Part shown: piece after piece, positions 51,416 to 60,286 of the stretch
Numbering within the stretch: the stretch's first letter is position 1
Layout of the letters: every line of letters starts with the position of its first letter
Assembly: GCF_000315625.1 (NCBI RefSeq)
Contig: NW_005434662.1
Coordinates: 537,794-601,793 of the forward strand
Length of the DNA: 64,000 bases
Reading direction: 5' to 3'
DNA from: Guillardia theta CCMP2712
Lineage: Eukaryota; Protista; Cryptophyta
Translations under genes and position numbers: made by a program
The notes under the pieces: model-generated
What the model saw: the letters and a program-made list of their open reading frames with translations, nothing else
What the model was told of the DNA's origin: nothing
Databases searched by the model: none

Positions 51416-53895
51416 TTAGCCGGTAGTAGTCAACTTGTTATATGCCTCGTCAATCTTTGCTTCTTCATCTTCGATCTGCCAGCAGCAATCAGGACACTCG
51501 AAGCTATCTACTCCTCTTACCATGATGAAAGTTTTGCTCTTGCTCCCGAACTTCTGAGTGTGCCTGCTGACTTCACAGCTCACCCACGTGCCAGAAGGGA
51601 ATGTTCGCTTCCTATGTCCTTTGCTCTTGGGCAAGAATCTCTATAACATCGTCATTTATGCTTGAGGGGTAGGAGGAGCGCCCACCTGCTCGCCCTTGGC
51701 GAACCCTTCGGGTGGCTCGAGCTCTCTTGCGCAGTACCACTCACGGACATTAAGCTCTATGGAAGTCGTCTCCTCGTCCTTGGACTTCGTGCTCCAGTCC
51801 TGTTCGTCAAGTGAGCGTCGGCATGCCGGCACAACGAGACTCAGCGACCTCACTCGCGACTTCGAAGAGTCTGAATCCCCTTTCACTCCTCCACTCCTCC
51901 CTGACCGACAGGATGAAGTAAGCACCGCAACCCTCGCCCTTTCCTGAGGTCGCAGTCTCCTCCTTGGCCGCAGTCTGGGAGCCACAGCTGTCCACTGAAA
52001 TGTCATCCTTGGCTATCGCCGGGTCCACCGCCAGGGGCATGCTCAGCGAGTTGATGTCAAGGGCTGCAGGAGGACTCTCGACCTTCCTCATCTTCCTCCT
52101 GCTCTCCTCCGCCTCGTCATCGACCGGCTCCTCCCTCTGTTCCGCCGCGGGGGCGGAGAGCTCGGGGACAGCCAGCGGTCTCTTTGTGGGTTGTTTGTGG
52201 GTTGCGGTGCTTGTGGGCTTCTGCGGTAAGAGGGTCAGGGAAGCTAGTGTGCAAGCAGGCGGTATTGCCTTCAAGGGTTTGACTTGCTCGGCAAGGTCAA
52301 GGTATCCTTCAAACGTTCTCCCTGCTTAGTCACTCAGTGCACAGCCGGCCCACCTCGCACCTCCTTGGCTCTCCCACCGTGCACGAGGAAGCGAACGCTC
52401 ACGCTCGTCCCCTTCCCCAGCACTTGCACGACTGTTCCCTCCACAGTGCATCTGGGACCTAGACCAGCAGCCTCCATCTTCTCTTTCGTCAGAGCCTCTT
52501 GGAGGTCAGTCCTATGGAGGCGTGTCAATCAAAGTATCTCTCGCATGCAACGGGAGCAGTCGACCTGTCGGGATGAGGAATGCCGCACAGACTGACTTCC
52601 CTTCGGAAGAAATCACCGAGCGACTCTCCTCCCACCGAGTCCGTCAGACTGTCATCGAGCCTTCCGAACTGCAGGGGCAACGTCTGAGACACAGGGGACG
52701 AGAACGATGGCAGTTGAGACTGATACGCCTGAGGGAACTCTTGATTCATTCTGAGTTCACTTGACCGATCATATTTCTTTCTCCCCTCGTGTAAACCAAT
52801 GGCATATTCCACCTTGCTATCATACGTGTCCTCCCCGTAGTTGACGTTCTTTCTTTGCCTCCGGCTCCTTCTCCCTGACTCCTCCCGTTTTGTCCTATTG
52901 GATGCACTGTCGTGCTCAAGGTCAGACGATTTTCTGTTCGACGCTCTCTCCTTCCCACTTGCTGCTGCTAACGAGCTTGCATTCGCCCGGTTCTCGTTCA
53001 TACTTGCCTGCGGGATGAAGTGGGTTGCAGCAGTTGGAGTCGAGCTCACAACTTTCTTGGTGTTGTTCAGATCGATGGTAAGAATCGGGTCATCTTCCAA
53101 CACATCCGTCCACACCAGCGGAGCTCGAGTAGGACGGGCATATGGCTTGTCGTACTCGAACGCTCCACGGGAAGCAGGAGCAGACCAAGGAACCTGATGG
53201 CCAGAGAGGGGCCGATAAGTTTCAGCAGGTTTGACCACCTGAGGAGGAGGAGTCAGGAAGGCGCTCCTGGAGTACTCCATGTATCTGGAAGCAGCAGACT
53301 CTTGCTTCCGATCAACCGTCTGCGCAACCGACCGCAACAAAGGATTGATCGACGACGATCTCTGCTCCGCCTCTCTGAACAGCCTCGAGCCCCAATCCAC
53401 CTTGTCATCTTGTCTCCCTTGACCCGTTCCTAGTGACGCACCATGCTTGTACGCAGTTGTCGTCTGCCCCTCCTGCCTCTGCTGATCTTCCGCGGCCTCT
53501 TCCGCAGGTATCGGATCAAACTCACAACCCATAGGAGGGACATTGGAAGGCTGGGGGCCGGGGTTCTGAAGGACTTTCTGGAAGTCTGGGCCCTTGGACA
53601 AGCTGCTGCTGGCCTTGCTGGGAGTGAGGTCGAGCTTCTTCTCTGGGCACACCTGCAGCTCTCTCACCTCCCGGAGACTCGCTTCGTTCACCGGGATCGA
53701 AAGCTCGATGAGGTTCCCCGCTCTTACGTCCTGTGGGCACACGATCATCACGCAGGTGTTGAACTCGTCGATGCAGGCTGCGAAGGAGGTGCCTGGCTGG
53801 ACCCAAGGAGGCACAGTCACGCAGTAGCGTCTGACTGCGTTGATGGGTTGGCTCTCCATGGACGGGGCAGGGGATTGCTTGAAAGCCGAGCTCAT
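51416..53895 (-). CDS. Hypothetical multi-exon protein (N-terminal VTVPP..PG..F..CP..V.AG domain, disordered middle, C-terminal beta-rich/CxxC region)
   Basis: ORF 52525-53895 can be joined by short introns to ORFs 52334-52528, 51807-52274, 51656-52006 and 51416-51634. Confidence 0.55.
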
Positions 53896-54436
53896 GGGTT
53901 CTCTCGATCAACCATCAAGGGAGTTCGTAACGCAGCTCGTGTATCTGTCAGCACCCGCCGAGCTCAGTGCATGGCTGTAAACATCACGATGACGGCATGA
54001 GCTAGGGCGACAGCCGGCTCCTTGGAAGGCCCTCAGCACGGGGGAGTAGCCTCAGGGCCTCTGCGCAATCACGTCGAAAGGCTGCGACGCCATGAGCGCA
54101 AGGCCACCTGCTCGAACATGAGCGATATCAGGCCCCTCCTTTCCATCACAACCATGCGCTACAGATTATAAACTCCAGCCACCTCAAACACTTCTCCCAC
54201 CTCTCTCCAACCCTTGTATAACCCCCATTCTCAAAACCCGCCGCACCTCTTATCCTTACTTCTCCTTCCTGGACCGTTCTCCTTGCCTACAGTCTCCCTT
54301 TCCTGCCTCCTCTCCTTCTCTATCTCATCGCGTTCCTCGTCCTCTATTCCCTCGACTCTCGCCCTCCTTGTTCAGCATCGTCGGCGCGGGCCAGCCATTG
54401 GCGCGAGTGAGTAAAACATATTAAAACTGGCCTTTG

Positions 54437-54618
54437 TACCAGCTGATCTTTCACTTAACTTTGAGTAAAAAGAGAGGAAGGTGACTAAAAAATTCGGAAG
54501 TTCGCCGCGCCCTCAAACCGCGGCCCGGCCGGGGCCGCCGGCCCCGGACCCAGGCCCCGACAAACACAGTAGTGACTGAATCATGGTTTCACTCAAAGTT
54601 AAGTTAAATCATCTGGTA
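54437..54618. mobile_element. MITE-like 182-bp element with about 29-bp imperfect TIRs and TA at both ends
   Basis: Left end taccagctgatctttcacttaactttgagt; right end (reverse complement) taccagatgatttaacttaactttgagt. The core is GC-rich and palindromic (ccggggccg-c-cggccccgg, 54529-54547). Confidence 0.55.
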
Positions 54619-55333
54619 GTCACACTGTGCAGGGCTAGCTGAGCCCTCGGGAGCGAGGGCTGAGGCGACGCTCACTGGTAGTAAAGAATGACGCACCGGG
54701 TCACCGGTACTGATGACTAAACTGAGGGTACCTGGCGACGGAGGGGTCCGTGCCCTCAGTCACAAGGGCTCAAGAAGGGGGGTGGGGGTGGACACGAGAT
54801 GAGCAGAATGGTTTCGGGGGCATGACTCGGTGACATGGCCGGGCAAGGCTGAACCCGAGGGCCATGTGAGGGGGGTGGGGGTGGTGAGAATTGGGGGCCA
54901 TTATGGCACTACACCGGTGGCTATCTCCCCCTAAGGTAGGAAAACGATTCGGTGGGGGTCACGTCGGAGTACGGGGGTGGGCCGAGGGAACGAATGGGTC
55001 TGGGTGGTCAACAATTGTCACCATACAGTGTCAAGTACCCTACCCACCCTTTTACTGTGCCGGTACAGTGAAAGGGTGGCCCTTGGGGTACGGCGGTTCC
55101 GAAACTACTGCCAGCCACCCACTTTCAAAGTGTCGGCACGGTATGGTAATAATGCATTTGTATTGCTGGAGGAAGTTAAGGGTAGGGGTAGTCATCAGGT
55201 TGGTGACCGGTGCAATTTGAGCTCCAGGGGTAGGGTGGTCTCCGGTTGAGGCAGGCTCTTTCTTGTCCGCAGTAGCGGCAGGAAGAGACAGGGGTGCGGG
55301 GCCAGGCTGAGTAGCCGGTAGGAGCAAAGAAAC

Positions 55334-56065
55334 ATGGGGAATGCACTATGCTGTAGTCAGGAGCGCAGAGGCCTCGAGGAGCTAGAGAACATTCAGAACA
55401 ACCAGAATGGCATGAACAAATCGACGGGGAGCGACAGAGACGAGCTCTCCATCAGCAGATCACGCGCTATGTCCATGAAGGCCCAGGTCGAAAGGCAGAA
55501 GTGGATTCGTAAGGCAAGCGGGTATCGATGGGAGGAGACTGTAGACGAGAGAGACACCTTGCACCAGAACCCAGGACAACATGCAGACTCAAGGAGGGGC
55601 TTTCACATTGTACAACCAGTAAGTGCAGAGAGGTTAGACAGGGGCGCAGGGGGCAACGGTGAAGTTGTGATAAAACACGCGCGCCAAAACCAGCATGACA
55701 GGCGAATTTTCCAGCAGAACTACAATCCGGGAAGAAACATCACACGCAACCTACCGAGTGATCAAGAACAAAACATATTACGATCGTCCGACTTACAGCA
55801 TGGACAAATTTCAGGGGGAAATGGAATGACGAAGACTGTGCAGCACACTGCATATGACCTTCGATGCAATCAGATTCATGATGTCTCATACGAACTTTAC
55901 AATGGGTCGGACCCCTTGAACTCTTCAATTGCAAGTAATGCTGCAGACAAATACCCGTTCAAGCCGTCCTCCTACACCTATCTGGATTTCTCCAAAGAGG
56001 ATAACATGGACCAGAAGCTCTCCTTTGATGATTCGAAGCTTCAGAGCTTGCCAATCAGCTTCTGA
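55334..56065 (+). CDS. Hypothetical protein with N-terminal acylation motif (MGNALCC)
   Basis: 243-aa intronless ORF with Gly2 and Cys6/Cys7. Confidence 0.6.
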   Translation: MGNALCCSQERRGLEELENIQNNQNGMNKSTGSDRDELSISRSRAMSMKAQVERQKWIRKASGYRWEETVDERDTLHQNPGQHADSRRGFHIVQPVSAERLDRGAGGNGEVVIKHARQNQHDRRIFQQNYNPGRNITRNLPSDQEQNILRSSDLQHGQISGGNGMTKTVQHTAYDLRCNQIHDVSYELYNGSDPLNSSIASNAADKYPFKPSSYTYLDFSKEDNMDQKLSFDDSKLQSLPISF

Positions 56066-56486
56066 GCCGCGCTGCAATTATTGTGGAGCCACAAACATGT
56101 CGATGTTCTGTTTCACTTGCTGTCAAACTTGCCTTTCTCTGGACGTTGTGACGTAAATGTTCGCGAAAGCATGACAAAACCCCTGCTAGATGTACGAAGA
56201 TCTCGGCTGGTTGGCAACAGGTTCCATGCCTATCTTTCATGTTTAAATCCGACTCCTGCAGAATAATTTGCTGATCTTACGCTCTCGTTCTACACCGAGA
56301 GTGTGTGACTTGATAGGGGAAATGGATATTAAGAAATAAAGTTGGGTGGATGCGTTCAAATCTTTCGTATCACTGTTTCCGATTTCATCTGGACATATGT
56401 GCATTTCTTTGGACGTTTTGGAAACATGACTTCCAAAATGGATTGCAAGTCTCAAAACATTCTAATTTAATCATCGGCATATGCAT

Positions 56487-57470
56487 CTAGTCCCTCCTTT
56501 TCAGAGCCCTGCGAATCTCTTCATCCGAATATATTCGACAGTTTGATTGAGATAAAGTCACATTCTGCTCTGCCAATGGCTTGCGAATTCTCCTCTTCAA
56601 GAGGCTGGATTCATGTTCACCATACCGCTGGCTACTTGCAGTTGACCCACTGGACAATCCAACGTCTGCCATGTTGTGAGGTCTCAATGATTGTGATTGC
56701 ACCTGCGCCAAGATCTGGATATCATTGATCAACGGCTTTAGCAGCTGGTCTGCCAATGTGATCTTTCTCTTCTCTTTCATCCTTCGCTTATTCAGGCGGT
56801 CTTCAATATCCAGCTTGAGGTTCACAATGTCGATCCTGACGCTTCTCATTTCATCGAGGATTGCAATCAAAGAACCGTTTGTTTCCAGGTGATCATGATA
56901 ATTTCCAAGGCCTTCGATCTCGTTGATAATGGCTTTTTTAGCTTGGAGGACTTGGAGCTTGTCTCGAGCTTCTCGCAACCGCGACATGAGATTTGATATC
57001 TGCTCGTTCTGAAAAGCAATGCCGTTGATGCAGTTGATGTATTCAATGCGCAGCGTCTCCATCAAGTACAGCGGTAGAGTATCGATACTGGAGTGGTCCC
57101 CCGCTTCTTCTCCATCATCCCGAGTTAATCTTATTTGTAACTCTTCGCATTTTTGCCGGATATGATCAGAGTTTTTGGTCAGCGCAGCTTCAACGAAGCA
57201 GTACAGCTCTGCATTTTGCAAGTCCGTCTCCAAGAATCGAAATACTTGATCGGTGACGTAAAATTTCTGAAGAGAGTCCGGATGCGTGCTGCTCGCATGC
57301 AGGTTTGCAAGATTGCGGACCCAGTTCCACATTCTGGACAATGGCCTTCCAATTCAGTGCCTGCTCAGGTGCTCGAGCTTGAGAGCCAGTCAAGGTCTTT
57401 ACATCACTAGGTATGTTTCATCTGTTCGGAGCATCTACTCTGCTCTACTGCTCTTCCTCTTCCTATTCAT
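56487..57470 (-). CDS. Hypothetical coiled-coil protein
   Basis: ORF 56487-57341 with heptad-rich segments. A probable first exon starts at ATG 57470 (MNRKRKSS). Confidence 0.55.
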
Positions 57471-57952
57471 GCTCTCCGACATCGTACCGGTAGCCGCCGG
57501 CATTTCTGGAAGTTCCCTCACCCTGTTACCCGGTACCTGTTCTCTGCTAGTAGAAGAAGGGGGTAGGGGTAGGAACTCGGGGTGCATGGCATGGAGTAGC
57601 AGCAGATGAAGAGATGCTAGTTCAAGATGCCTCGAACTGCTATGAAGACCTCCACCTCGTCATACGTGATCGCTGAAGACATGGCGATTCGAAGCGGAAT
57701 GGCCTTTGATTGGCGCTCATGACCGTTCAGGAGTTTATCTCAGGACGAGCCTGGATTACAAACGGCAGAATGCCCGTATCGTGATGGATTTCAGATGTTT
57801 ACTTCCATAGTCGACTCCATGTATTGATAAAATTTTGCACACCACTGTGCTAGATCAAACTTTGATCCCTGTTTCGGTGCCTGACGATAGGTCCTGCAAG
57901 TTAAAAATCTTCCTCAATTGCGTCTTTCTTGCTCGATTGAGTTCTAACTTCG

Positions 57953-59529
57953 TCAGCTCGACGTTTGGATGACTGGAGGGCCCAAACGCCGCTTCATCTC
58001 CGACATGAATCGACCCTTGAACTGGATCTGTGTCAATCCTAGCCCGTCTGGCGATGGAGCAACGAAAAGATCGTGCAAGCTAGCGTCGCGGTAGAGATCA
58101 AGCAAAGTTTTCCCATCAATTCCACCGCTCTCCACACCCTCCGCTGCCTTGGGAAGCTGCATGCTCTTGAACAAGTTCTTGACGTCAGACAAACTCATCT
58201 CAGAGATCTCCTTCTGTTGCTCAATTCGCTTTTTACAATGCCCGCATCCCATCTGAAAAGGAACTTTGGTCACTTTTAACCTTTTTGAGGCTCACAAAAC
58301 AAGACACCCATGCAATCTTACCTTGTCGAAATGTATCCACCCGTTTTCCTTTGCGCACTGCAAGCAATCATGCTCAGTTTGCAATATTTCATATTGTAAG
58401 TTGCGATTCTTTCAATACTCACGTTCTGTTATTGAGCAGTGACAACCAGGTACCAGAACGTCAACAATCAGTGCTTTGGGGCTCAATGCAATAAAGGCTT
58501 ACGCAGCACTTGCGAAGAAGAATCGCAATTCCAGGAGTTCGATTCCATCATTTCAGGGAAGCAACCAAGTTAGTAACAAGACATCATCACGTGCTTGCGG
58601 CAATGTAACTCACATACTGTCAACCCGATAGCAGATCCCAGCCCGTATCAGAAAGAACAAAGTCAGCGAGATAATATATACTAAGAGAAAGGAACTCACA
58701 TCCTACGAGAAGGATCAAGTCACAGATTCCAACCCATGCGAAAGGAAAGAGCAGACAAGAGTCAGCAACTATGTCAAGTCGGTGAGAAGATAGAAAGTAC
58801 TCACATCCTATGCAAAAAGGTTACCCCGGAAAATTAGCAAAGATTAACGAATGAGTCAGTCGCTCGAAATCTTTGGTTTAACTTCTCAAGATACTTACAA
58901 GCTTTCATGGAGCCAACAGTCGAGTTGAACAGAAACAAAAACAGGAAGGAGACAATGGTCAGTCGTCCGAAATCTCACACGCAGAATTTCATGTACTTAC
59001 AAACTGTCGACAGCAATTGACAAAACATAAATCCGCGATGATTCAACAAAGGACTTCAAAGTCAGCCAGTTGAAATTTGAATCAAGTGAATAAACTCACA
59101 ATCTGCCGACGATGGGCATTAAAAATAAGAAACATGCATAGGTCAGTGATTCGATAGTGAAAAGAACATGTAAATTACTCACATCCTATAAGAGACAGCA
59201 AGCAGCAAATCCGATGAATCGACAAGGAGGAAGATCAAGTTCAAGTTAGGCATGAGGCAGAATCAACAACAAAAGAAGTGACTCACGTCCTGTTGGCCCC
59301 AGATCCCACGAAAGAGTAGCAACAAAGAAAAATGTCAGAATGTCAAAATCAAGAATGATCGAGTGGGGCAAAAACAATAAAAGATTTTGCTCTCACCGTC
59401 TGAGGTGACAGACGCCCAACGAGCAAGTACGGAGAGTCAAAGGTCAGCAACCTGTTGGATGCAGATGCATTCAATTCATCTTACGCATGTGGTGCTGTCT
59501 TCGCTCGTTGTCTTGATCTTGATCTGCAT
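57953..59529 (-). CDS. 14-exon micro-exon gene encoding a 138-aa Cys-knuckle + SAM-like domain protein
   Basis: Exons: 59529-59485, 59399-59397, 59289-59287, 59185-59183, 59102-59100, 59003-59001, 58901-58899, 58807-58805, 58702-58700, 58616-58614, 58508-58503, 58425-58423, 58357-58322, 58252-57953. All introns are GTRAG...AG and phase 0. Product: MQIKIKTTSEDSTTC-T-D-D-I-F-L-D-D-Y-CC-N-CAKENGWIHFDK-MGCGHCKKR...SLSDVKNLFKSMQL...GIDGKTLLDL...LGL. Confidence 0.85.
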
Positions 59530-59839
59530 CGTATCGAGGCATCAGGGGCCGCCTCTTGCTACAGCATTCCCTCCCTCTCACCCGGCAAAGTTTGCATAGT
59601 GACATTTCGGCGGAGTGGCGCAGGGGTCTCAACCCTTTTAGATTTTATAGATATAAGGCGTTATAAAACTCATATCCATATATACCATACACCGGTACTG
59701 AGAACCTTCCTTTGGTGGGTAGGGTGCTTCACCACTATCCAACTACCCCACGAATATAGAGCAAGTACCCCAACCCTCCCTAGGGATCTTTGTCAGCCTG
59801 CCGGAGTGTCACCCCGAATAGAGGAAAAGCAGCTAAAAT

Positions 59840-59884
59840 TTTATTCAAAGTTAAGTGAAAGTTCAGTACGAGGACAATCAGGAG
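59840..59884 (-). repeat. Dispersed repeat copy (inverted relative to 40031-40074)
   Basis: Reverse complement reads ctcctgattgtcctcgtactgaactttcacttaactttgaataaa. Confidence 0.8.
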
Positions 59885-60286
59885 ATTCACTGAGGCTGAA
59901 ATGGGCAAAGGCGGAGAGCCGGGCCGCTGCGGCAGAGCTAATGAAGTTTCAGGCGAACCGTAGGCTTCGGAAACTGAGTTAGCTGGATCGGTGGTGGGAC
60001 TTATCATGTCGGATAATAGTGACTGACTCGCCGGGCTCCGCTGAGTCTCCGAGAGCCGACGGTGACTCGAAGAGGTTCCCTACGTTTCAACTGGCAAGTT
60101 TATGATACATCACAGAAATTCCATGTCTTCCATGTCTTCAGAATCGGAGTCGTTCTCTGGTCTCCATAACGGAGCGAAGGTGAGATCTGTCCAGAAGTTT
60201 TCCTGGCAGGAGCATCAGTGGATCCGATCTGAACTTCTAGTGCCGAGCGCACCTTGTGATCCTCCAGGTTGCAGCTCGGATCGACG

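Noticed and set aside
58400-59400. CRISPR-like or tandem-repeat array (periodic actcacatcct words at ~100-nt spacing)
   Set aside because: The recurring words are the reverse complement of splice donor/acceptor signals. They are too short and variable for CRISPR repeats, there are no cas genes, and the context is eukaryotic.
58426-59484. Recent introner (transposon-derived intron) burst as the origin of the micro-exons
   Set aside because: The introns share no visible similarity beyond splice signals and have no terminal inverted repeats. An ancient origin cannot be excluded.
59506-59529. MQIKIKTT resembles the ubiquitin N-terminus MQIFVKTL
   Set aside because: Only 8 residues; the rest of a ubiquitin fold is absent.
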